NCBI RefSeq assembly: GCF_006345805.1
Contig: NC_042998.1
Location: 146,754,001 to 146,818,000 of the forward strand
Reading direction: 5' to 3'
DNA length: 64,000 nucleotides
DNA from: Octopus sinensis
Taxonomy: Eukaryota
Shown here: positions 53,262 through 64,000 of the stretch, piece by piece
Numbering within the stretch: the stretch's first letter is position 1
Layout: each line of letters opens with the position of its first letter
Made by a program: the position numbers and the translations under genes
The notes under the pieces: model-generated
Told to the model about the DNA's origin: nothing
What the model saw: only the letters and a program-made list of their open reading frames with translations
The model's database searches: none

Positions 53262-56200
53262 TGATGGGCTCCTTTTAGTTTCCATCTACCAAAACAACTC
53301 ACAAGGTCTTTGTCAGCCTGGGGCTATAGAAGACACTTGCCCTAAGTGCCATACAGGTGAACCTAAAAGCATGTGATTGGGAAGCAAGTTTCTTAACTAC
53401 ACAGCCATACCTGCATCTGTTCCAACAATCCAATAGACCTTACCATAAAAAAAAAAAAACAATGAAAGAAAAGTATTATAATTACCTCATTTCATCTAGA
53501 TAAGACTTTGAAGGATTTTGGAAAGATAATGAACCTTGGAATTGTTTCTAGCATTAGTAAGGAAATATCAATGTTTTTGATAAAATATCCCCATAAAATT
53601 TTTTTTATCATCTTGCTTTCAATTTGTGTGTGTGTGCTAAGATGGCAAGCTGGTAGAATTATTAGCATGTCAGGTAAGATGCTTAGTGACATTTCATTTG
53701 TGACGTTACATTGAGTTCCAATTTTGCTGAGGTTGACTTTGTTTTTCATTCTTTTGGGATTGATAAAATAAGTACCAGTTGATCATTGGGGTTGATTTAA
53801 TTGGTTTAGCCCATCCCCCAAAACTGCTGGCCTTGTGCCAAAGTTTGAAACTAATATGTGTGTATGTTATACTTGTGATGATCAACATCATCATTATAAT
53901 GTCTACTTTTGCATGCTTGCATGGGGCTGATGAGGTTTTATTAAGGCAGATTTTCCATGATTAGAGGCCCTTCTTGTTGTCTGTTCTTACCTGTTTCTAA
54001 GCAAGGTGATATTATTTCTCCATGGCAAGGAATACTAGAAATAAATAACACTGCTTGTTTGACAGTGATGCTCATTTACAATTATCATGTGATGTCAAGA
54101 CATAGAGACACTAATATAAATATTCAGACACACACACACACATATATACAACAGACTACTTTCAGTTTCTATCTACCAAATCCACTCATGAGGCTGTGGT
54201 TGAGATATGGCTATAGTAGAAGTCACTTGTCCAAAGTATTATGCAGTTGGTCAGAACTTAAAACCATGTAGCCAGAAAGCAAACTTCCTAACAATGCAGC
54301 CATGCCTGCACCTGTGTTGTGGTTTGTATCTTTTTGCCAAGCCAGCCATTTTAGGCAGACACAGAATTGTGTGTATGTGTTTCCCAAGTTTTTATTTTTG
54401 GTAATTTCTTTAAATTGCTGTCTCATTTTCCTTTTATCCTGTGACAAGTGATGAGTCCGTCTAACAGAAATAAAGTGTTTCTACTAAAATTATATTTAAA
54501 CAGTCAATCCAGGGAGTCCATTCTGTTATTGAGGGTGGGGTGAAGAGATTGAGGGAGTACGTCTTGTTTAATTGCTGTGTATTTCAGTTCTTCATACTGC
54601 CATCACCAATTAACATTTTTGATTGATTAAGTATTACATGCACATCCATACACAACACACACATCGTGAGTTAATGAAGCAGCCTCAAAGTGGTCGTTTG
54701 ATGTGCGAGAAATAGCAGTAAAATCAAGGGTATAATAGTTAAAATATATTGGAAAAGGGAACAGAATTTGAAGGCAAAAATGTAAAATAAATAAATTTTT
54801 TAGAACAAAATTTCTTGGAAGAAACAATCACCCAATTCCTCGCTCTTTTTTCTCCATGAGGCAGTGGTAGCTAGTCTGAAAGACTACCAATCAGAGATTA
54901 CTAATGTTGTATGTTACATTTAGAAACAATTCCAAGGTTCATTATCTTTCCAAAAACCTTCAAAGTCTTATCTAGATGAAATGAAGTAATTATAATACTT
55001 TTCTTTCATTGTTTTTTTTTTTTTATGGTAAGGTCTATTGACTTGTTTGGAACAGATGCAGGTATGGTTGTGTAGTTAAGAAACTTGCTTCCTAATCACA
55101 TGCTTTTAGGTTCACCTGTATGGCACTTAGGGCAGGTGTCTTCTATAGCCCCAGGCTGACAAAAGCCTTGTGAGTTGTTTTGGTAGATGGAAACTAAAAG
55201 GAGCCCATCATGTGTGTGTGTGCATGCCTTATTTTAACTTATTTTAACAATCACATGATAGTTGTAAATGAGTGTCATAAAAAAAATTTACTGCGAAATC
55301 TTTCTCAAATTATACCTTACTGCTTTATAAAAGAAGTACAATGTAGTCCAGTGTAGTGTCTGTTTGGAACATAAAAGACTAGATGGCCATGACTGGAATG
55401 CCTTTGATTAAAGCTCTTCTGCATGGCCTACTTTGAGCTAAACAAGAACAACACCTACACGAATACTTAATCTGAATGCTATATCCCTGATTGACATCAT
55501 CCTCCCCCACATATACACCATTGATGAAATTCCTTGAATGTAGATAATTCATCAGCAGCAGCAACTATTACTCACCTCCCTCCCTCTTTCTTTACTGTTT
55601 CTGGTTCTCTTTTGTTATTCTCCCTCCTTTCTTTTCTGTCTTTATCCACACTGCTCTCTGTATGTCTAATTGGCTTGCTTAGCTTCTTTTTCTATATTGT
55701 TCTTCTTTTGCTGTCTGTCTCTTCTTCCTTCTATCTATCCATTATGATTCCTGATTCTATTCATTATCCTGTACCAATCATTTTGTTTAAACATTTTTTC
55801 TTTCATCTTCAATAATGATAATGATGCATTAATAATAATAATTTTGATACAAGATTTGCATTTTTGAGAGGACGGGTAGGTCAGTTACATTGACTTCAGG
55901 ACTTTAGGTGTACTTTATTTTATCAACCTTAAAAGAAGGACCATAGCAGAATTTGAACTCAGAATGTTAAAAAGAAGTTTATTAAGTGATGCTGATATTT
56001 TAGCTATTTATCTTTTATCTTTTACTTGTTTCAGTCATTAGACTGTGACGATGCTGGGACACCACCTCGAACGTTTAGTCAAGTAAATCGACTCAGTACT
56101 TGTTGTTATGTGTTTGGTATTAGGAATGGCATCCAGCCTTAGAAACTATGCCAGAGTAGATACGGGGGCATGATTCAATTCTTGGATCTGTTAGATCCTG

Positions 56201-59187
56201 TCAAACTGTCCAACCCATATCAGTATGGAACACAAATGTTAAATGATGATCATGAAACCAGTTGTTCAATATAATATTGAGTAAGTATTTGCTTAACTTA
56301 AAATGTTTCCCATGTTTGTAACAACATGTAATAACTGAAGCATTATGATATCGACTTGCTAATATACTGTTAATGTAAAGATAATATACTGTTACATCAT
56401 TGAGTAAAGAATATTCAACAGCTGGTTTTAACAGCTTTAAGATCAATGATTTTAGACATTTGACCTACTTGTACCTTTGTCTACCTGTAAGTCTCAATCA
56501 AAAATCCATAACTAGATAATTGAAAAGAGATTTAGTTCAAGTATAAATGCATGGTTAAGAAATTGGTTTCCTGACCATGTGGTTTCAAATTCAATCTCAC
56601 TGCATTGCACCTTGGGCAAGTAAGTGTCTTCTACTGTAACCCTGGGATGACCAAAGCTTTCTGGATGGATTTGGAAGACTGTAACCAAAAGAAGCCTGAT
56701 CAATTTGACAGTTTTCTACCTTGGTCATTACTTCTTTTTTAGCCTGTTGGCTTATTCATTTAATCCTTGTGTCACATTGTTTCTGTTAAAATACACTACC
56801 TTTCTTTCAATTCATTGTGAAAATAATGAAACATTTATTAAAATAACTTTCTCATTATTAAGCTAATGTTTGGGATATAAATTAACATGAAATTTTAATG
56901 GAATGTTCTAATTTAGATAATTTTAAAAACATGAGATTTATGTTGTAGAACCAGGGTTGATTTTGAGTTTGTTGCCATCAAAGGGTTGACCAGTTATGTA
57001 ACAAAAAGACTATGAAGGTTTAGACTTAGGGCTTGCAGATAGTTAGTATTGACTTCAATCGGTCAATAAATGCCTGAAGCAATTTTGAGCATTAAGGATG
57101 CTGAATTATTAGTGAAGTGAATCTTGAAGAGAGTAGGTAATAAAAGGCCAAAACTCACTAATTTCCAGCCAAATATCAATGAGATAAGTAGTGCTCACCA
57201 AACACATATTAAATATTCCAACTATATCAATATTATTAGATTGAATTTTTATTGTTCTTTATGAATTTCATTATCTTTTTATCTTTTATTTGTTTCAGTC
57301 TCGGAACTGTGGCCAGGCTGAGGCACCATCTTCTAGGGTTTAGTTGAACAAATTAATCCCAGTACTAATTTGTTAAAGCCTGGTGCTTATTCGATCAGTC
57401 ATCTTTTGCTAAACTGCTAAGTTATGGGGATGTAAACAAACCAACACCAGTTGTCAAGTGATAATGGAGCGCACAAGCACAAAGTGAACACACACACACA
57501 CACACACACGCGCACGCACACATACAATGGGTTTCTTTCAGTTTTCTGTCTTCCAAATCAATTCACAAGGCTTTGGTTGGCACTAGGCTATAGTTGAAGA
57601 TGCTTGCCCAAAGTGCCGCATAGTGGAACAGAACCCAGAATTATGTGGCTGGGAAGTAACCTTCTTTCCCCACACCTGCACCCATTTTTCATTAATCACC
57701 TTAAATATTTCTTATTAAAATGTCATAATACCATGGTGGAAAAAAGGAATTATTGTTTTTAAATCAAGAAATTTTTTTATTAATGATACTTTTAATTTTA
57801 TTTTAGAAATTTACATGCTGCTGGATGGAATTACAATAAGGTTTCACTGATTCTATCAATAGGTGAATGATATAAAAGGCTTGCTAACCCTACCAGTCTA
57901 GACAGAACTATGTGCTCCAAACTTATTACTAGCATTTGCTAATTCTGGAACACTTCTGAACCAGAACATTTGCTTCCAATTTGTAAATATATATATATAT
58001 TTAGGAAATGAAGAAAATAAAAATAAATGTAATAGATATGAAAAATAAAAATAAAAGATGGTGAAAGCTATTGTAACTAACAACAATTGAAAGGAAATAT
58101 AAGGAAAAGGTGTAAAGAAATAAAATATATATTAAATGACAGTAAATAATTCTCTTTCATAGATGTGTCTTTAGTGGTGTATGTGTGTGTGTAGTGATAG
58201 TTGTGGTTATATATTGATTATTTAGCAACAGTAAGGAGCTGAAGAACAGAAGTTTCTAGAAGTGTATCAATTGAATGTTTAAAGTATCAGGTACTTTTAA
58301 AGTTCTGCCTTGTTCACTGAACTAGAAACTGCCTTATTTGATGTTATTTCTTTTGGTTTTTGTTTGTGTGCATGTGTGTGTGCACTCATGTGTATGCATA
58401 TTTATGTGTGTACAACATAACAATTCCCAGCTGTTTTAACTGATACCTAGGTGGAAGGTGACATATTTAAAGGAGTTCAACGTGGCAGTTTAATCTTTTT
58501 ATTTAACCTGTTCTTTTATTGTAATGTTGTTGTGTCTGCCTTTCAGGGTGAGTTGTGGTGGTCTGAAGTAAGTTCTGATATAGATCAATACAAGGAAAAC
58601 AAATCACACTCTAGCTTAATGTTATAAGAGCTTGTAATTGAACAGAAGACATTTATTGAATAGAAGAGAAACAAAGAGATAGATAGAGATGTAGTTAGAA
58701 AGATATGTAGATAGATAGAAAAATAGATATAAACTGTGAGGAGCTTCTTAGTTACGAGTAAATAGATACATATAGATATGTAATGTGGTATGTAGTTAGA
58801 TAGCTAGATATAAACAGCAAGATGGATAAATAGGTTGCTGACTCTTTAGATATAGGTTGATAGATAATTAGGTAGGTAGGTGTATATATATATATATATA
58901 TATATATATCTATATCTATATATATATATATATATTGATAGATGGCAATAGGAATAACCTAAAAGGGAAACATACAACAGGAAGAAAGGAAAAGAAAAAG
59001 GCAATGAAAGAGCTTAGCAGTACAAAATATAGCTTTATTTATTTTCCCTTCTTTATTGACCCTCACTTACCTTCCCCACCCTTTATTCTTTATGTCATTA
59101 TTATAAAGAATTAAGGTTCTATGGATTAATATTAAAATTAAAATAAAAGGAAGACAAACATATGATGAAAAATGATATATACAAAGA

Positions 59188-59233
<46 letters not shown>

Positions 59234-60296
59234 GGTTGCTAGGCTAAGCTTAACATTACATGAACAGCAAAAATACTTATATTATTGGGTTTGGAGAAAT
59301 TGGTTTTTACACTAAGCAAGAACACAAAACGAAAGAGAGAGAAAACAGTGAAATGAATTGAAGTGAGTTGAAGCTAACATGGCCAATACATTTGTGTAAG
59401 ATATCCAATGTCATGCTTCATTTCATATTAACTAGTTTCTGTATAATCCTTTAGAAAGAGATTTAATGAAAGTTTTTACATTTGTTGCATTCAAGGAAAA
59501 AATATCTTATATTATCATCATCACTATTTTGATGTCCACTTTTTCTTTGATTCTATGGGTCAGACAGAATTTGTTGTGGCAGCTTTTCTACTACCAGGTG
59601 CCCTTCCTGATACAACTTTCACCTACTGCAAGGTAATATTTATTACCCTTGGTTAGACATGTTTTTTTATGGAGGACTGATAACAAGCAACATTGTTTGT
59701 ATGATGGTAAAGCTCATTGCGAACCGTTATGTAATATCAAGACCAGCACACACACACACATACATATATATGATGAGCTCCCTTCAGTTTCTGTCTACCA
59801 GATCCACCCAAGGCTTTGGTCAACTTCAACCATCTCCGTTATGACACTCCTAATTCATTTGTCTTCTCATCACCAATATTGTGTCCATCCTTCCACTCCC
59901 TACACTATCCATTTACATCCAGTCTATTTTCTCCTCTACATCATCTTTCTGGAATTCCCCCTAAGAATATATTTTTCCTGCAGCTGTTAACTATTCAGTA
60001 AAAATATTAACCATGTTGATCTCCTTGGTTTTGGTGAGTCTATGAAGGCCATTGAAACTGCTCTTCCTCTAGATGAAATCAATAAATAAAAATCAAATAA
60101 AGCTCTATTCACAGTTATAAAACTATTCGGTTTAAAGCAAAAATCAATGCTGGTGCATTGCTCAAGCTGCTGAATTTTGCACAGAGTTCAGTAACAAATG
60201 GCTATAATGTCATGGCGCTTGAATATTATATGGCAAACTCAAGATTGCTTTTACCACACAAAATAGAAGTGTAAACTGCTACAATTGATTATTTAA

Positions 60297-60517
60297 CCCT
60301 TTAGCATTTAAACCGGCCATATCCGGCCAAAAGTATTCTGCCTGTTTTATGTTCAAACTGGCCAGATCTGGTCTCTCACACCAACCCTACAATATCGTTT
60401 TAAAAATTAACAGCTACCTCATCAAAATCTCAAAGCTACAAGATAATGCATGATTATTTCAAAACAATGTGAATAAAGAAGCATTAATTTTGGCAGAATA
60501 ATGTGATCACTAAAGGG
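60297..60517. mobile_element. piggyBac-type MITE (221 bp)
   Basis: TTAA-CCCTTTAG ... CTAAAGGG-TTAA termini; a degenerate relative lies at about 49600-49695. Confidence 0.8.
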
Positions 60518-60523
60518 TTAAAC

Positions 60524-60688
60524 CAGTGGTTCTCAACCATTTTTTGCATATGGACCACTTTGATTCCTGTTTTACTTTACTGGACCTCTGTGGCCATCCA
60601 CTGTATATAAAAAAATCCTACTGTATTTTCATAATTAAATATTATATGTACCCACAAGGGCTATATGAACCAAGGATAAGAACTACTG
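60524..60688. mobile_element. hAT (Charlie-like) MITE
   Basis: Termini CAGTGGTTCTCAACC ... GGATAAGAACTACTG with 8-bp TSD ATTTAAAC; the left TSD copy is split by the piggyBac MITE. Confidence 0.7.
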
Positions 60689-60729
60689 ATTTAAACCATT
60701 CATAGGTGGCCTATCATATATATATATAT

Positions 60730-60952
60730 ATCATCATCATCATTTAACGTCCGCTTTCCATGCTAGCATGGGTTGGACGGTTCAACTGGGGTCTGGGGAG
60801 CCCGAAAGCTGCACCAGTCCAGTCAGATCTGGCCGTGTTTCTACAGCTGGATGCCCTTCCTAACGCCAACCACTCCGAGAGTGTAGTGGGTGATTTTATG
60901 TGCCACCGACACAGGTGCCAGACGAGGCTGGCAAACGGCCACGCTCGGATGG

Positions 60953-60991
<39 letters not shown>

Positions 60992-61452
60992 TTGTATCCT
61001 TGTGGTACCAGTGCCGGTGGCACATAAGAAAACCATCCGAATGTGACCGTAGCCAGTACCGCATCGACTGGCCTCTGTGCTGAGGGCACGTAACAAACAC
61101 CATCCGAGCGTGGCCGTTCGCCAGCCTCGTCTGGCACCTGTGTCGGTGACACATAAGAAAACACCATCCGAGCGTGGCCGTCTGCCAGCCTCGTCTGGCA
61201 CCTGTATCGCTGGGACATAAAAAACACCATCTGAGCGTGGCCGTCTGCCAGCCTCGTCTGGCACCTGTGTTGGTGGCACATAAAATCACCCACTACACTC
61301 TCGGAGTGGTTGGCGTTAGGAAGGGCATCCAGCTGTAGAAACACTGCCAGATCTGACTGGCCTGGTGCAGCCTTCGGGCTTGCCAGACCCCAGTTGAACC
61401 GTCCAACCCATGCTAGCATGGAAAGCGGACGTTAAACGATGATGATGATGAT
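60730..61452. mobile_element. Two RTE 3'-UTR copies in inverted orientation around a (TA)n tract
   Basis: 60730-60958 (-) is the reverse complement of about 61225-61450 (+). The plus copy has 3-4 tandem ~60-bp units (ACCATCCGAGCGTGGCCG...GCCAGCCTCGTCTGGCACCTG). Confidence 0.85.
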
Positions 61453-62156
61453 ATATATATATATATATATATATATGTGCATGTCTGTCTGTTTATATAC
61501 ACACAAATAGACACAAGAGTGGCTGGCTGGTTGAGAATCTTTCTTCCCAAGCATGTGATCTTAAGTTAGGTCCCACTTGGGTGAGTGTCTTCTATTATAG
61601 CTTCAGGTCAACCAAATCCTTATGAGTAAGCAGAAACTGAAAGAAGCCTGTTGTGTGTGTGTGTGTGTGTGCGCTCGCGCATTTGTGTTTGTACTCTTCT
61701 CTTATCATTATGTGATGATTCTAAACAAGCATCATATCATACAAATGATGATGTTCATTATCCATCTCCTTCCTTGAAATACATGTCTAGCCACTGGAAA
61801 TTATTACTTTACTCCTAAACAAGTGAGAGTTGGTGACAGGAAAGGCATCTGGCTGTAAAAGATCTGTCTCAATGAATTCTGTCTAATCCATGAAAACATG
61901 TAAAAGTGAATGTTCAAACGAGCTGGCAGAATTGTTAGCAAGCCAGGTGAAATGCTTAACAGTATTTTGTCTGTCTTTGTGTTCTGAGTTCAAATTCTGC
62001 TGAGGTTGACTTTGCCTTTCATCCTTTCATGATCGATTAAATAAGAACCAGTTACGCATTGGGGTTGATGTAATTGGCTTAATCCCTTTGTCTGTCCTTG
62101 TTTGTCCCCTCTATGTTAAGCTCCTTTTGGGCAATAAAGGAATTAATTATTTTTAT

Positions 62157-62355
62157 CACCTGTGCAGGTGGCACATAAAAAGCACCCACTACACTCACGG
62201 AGTGGTTGGCGTTAGGAAGGGCATCAAGCTGTAGAAACATTGCCAGATAAGACTGGAGCCTGGGGCAGCCTTCTGGCTTCCCAGATCCCTGGTCGAACCG
62301 TCCAACCCATGTTAGCATGGAGAACGGATGTTAAACGATGATGATGATGATGATG
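62157..62355 (+). mobile_element. RTE 3'-UTR fragment
   Basis: Same tail and (GAT)n end as 46110-46308. Confidence 0.85.
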
Positions 62356-64000
62356 ATAAATTTATGTTTGCAAAGAACTCCCCATCTACTCTATTGCATT
62401 CACTGCATAAATAGCTATACATACATGTACAGACATGTATATGTGCACTCATGTGCACATAAAACCTGCTTGGTGGGTGGGCATTATTGTGTAGCCTCAA
62501 TCATCTCTGATTAAGCAGACTTGTAGCTTTTAGATGATTGTTCGAATGCCTGACACAGACCACAGATCTCTTTCCTCTCCACTAAAGAATAGATTTCTTG
62601 TTTATGAAAATAAATCTTGAAATTTATCTCTGGAAACTTTTTTCCTTGACTCATTTAAATTTGGAGGTATACAGCCTAGTGCTTAGGGTGTTGTATGCAT
62701 GTGTGTTTGTGCGCATGTCTTTGCATCTGTTCCTTTCACAGCTTGACAACCAGTCTTAGTTTGTTTAAATCTTCATAACTTTGTGGTTCAGCAAAAGAGG
62801 CAGATTTAATAAGTGTTAGACTTATAAAATTAAGTCCAGAAATTAATTTGATTGACAACCCAGCATGGTTGCAATTCAATAATTGAAACAAGTAAAAGAA
62901 TTAAATAACTTGGCATGTTTTTAAGATATTGATTTCTTTTGATATGTTACAAGGACAATTTGTACAGAGGTGTGTCTGGGAGGTGGTGGTGGCTATAGTC
63001 TTTTGTACTGACTTATATCAGTTTTTTGTTAGTCATAAAATATCACTTTATTCTGTTTAATTATCTGTCTCATAGATTTGACATTTCATAATGGTATCAT
63101 TGAAGTTGTTTATGTTTTTGAAAAGCCAATACAATGCAAGTTATAAATAAGATAAGTGAATGCTCTGTATTTTAACATCTATTTTGATATTTCAGGGAGA
63201 TCGAAGTTTTGGTCTTGCTAGCTAGCTTTTCTGTTCTGTACTGTGTATATGTATATAGAGGAAGTACTTTGCATGCACAGGATAACTTTGCTATAATAGC
63301 CAGTTGCCTGTGTGCAGCTCAATTCTGTTGTTAATACATTGTTTGGTCTTGCTAATGATGATGGCTTCTTTATTCTCAAGTTTCCAATGTTTCATTCTAT
63401 TCTATTATTAAAATTAGTGTTTTTGCTCTATAAGGCAGTGAGTTTGCCTGAAAGGGTAGCCTCAAGAAAAAGGAACTGAAGGAGGTTCTAGATTACACTC
63501 ATGTGTATTATTGTGCTTTTTTTTATTATTATTATTATTATTCATCTCTGAACATAAATATCTACTGTATAGTAGGCACCTTGGGTAAACATCTATTATA
63601 ACTACTGATGCCTTGCAAGTCAGTTTGGTAGATAGGAAATACAGGAAGCTTGTTATGTATGTGGTGTGTGTATGCACGAGTGTGAATGTTCGCGTTCCTT
63701 GGTGACATTATGATCAGTTGGCTCTCTGCTTTTGAAAACCTGTAGACTATAAAATCCCTTAGGATAAACATGTAATGGTTGGTGACAGGAAGAGCATCTG
63801 GTTGTAAAATTTGACTTCCCTATCCAAAGATTTGCTTTTCTGGAGGGGAAGGACTGTGAAAAGTGTTTTATGTGTGGTGTGGGAAATTAAACAAAATAGT
63901 AACAGTGATGGTAAGATGAGAGAAAGATTGGTTGGGTAGCATTGTGTGGAGAAGGCTACTGTAGTTGTAGTAGTAGAAGAGAGAGAGAGAGAGGAAACCA

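Noticed and set aside
57808-57862. Possible EXT2 exon after a TTTTAG acceptor
   Set aside because: The frames I translated do not resemble the expected W..G.NHLLFNMLPG continuation.
61000-61290. Regularly spaced ~60-bp repeats resembling a CRISPR array
   Set aside because: The units repeat in full with no unique spacers, lie in a LINE 3' UTR, and there are no cas genes in this eukaryotic context.
60760-61419. ORFs MLAWVGRF...LDALPNANHS (also 469, 16358, 45818 and 62079) recurring like a gene family
   Set aside because: They are antisense readings of the RTE 3' UTR repeat.

Overview
This is eukaryotic, very AT-rich, repeat-dense animal genomic DNA. The LINE/SINE repertoire and (TA)n load resemble a coleoid cephalopod such as Octopus (inference). 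Two host genes sit head-to-head around a small GC/CpG-rich promoter at about 42.05-42.2 kb. On the minus strand is the 95-nt first coding exon of a diacylglycerol lipase (DAGLA/inaE-like, 41613-41707), which the ORF track misses. On the plus strand is an exostosin-2 (EXT2) gene with a probable non-coding exon ending at 42193 and a 500-nt first coding exon (47131-47630). I found no further exons of either gene, so nearly all the rest appears intronic. That sequence contains two head-to-head non-autonomous Helitrons, a CR1/L2-type LINE, two large RTE LINE copies whose RT region carries a C4HC3 (PHD-like) finger, decayed R4/Dong and CRE retroelements, tRNA-derived SINEs with interchangeable tails, piggyBac and hAT MITEs, a 3.9-kb TA-rich satellite, many palindromes and inverted duplications, a 1.12-kb tandem duplication and a 100-N assembly gap. 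Most entries in the ORF track are microsatellite or repeat noise. No prokaryotic-type system (CRISPR, operon) is present.
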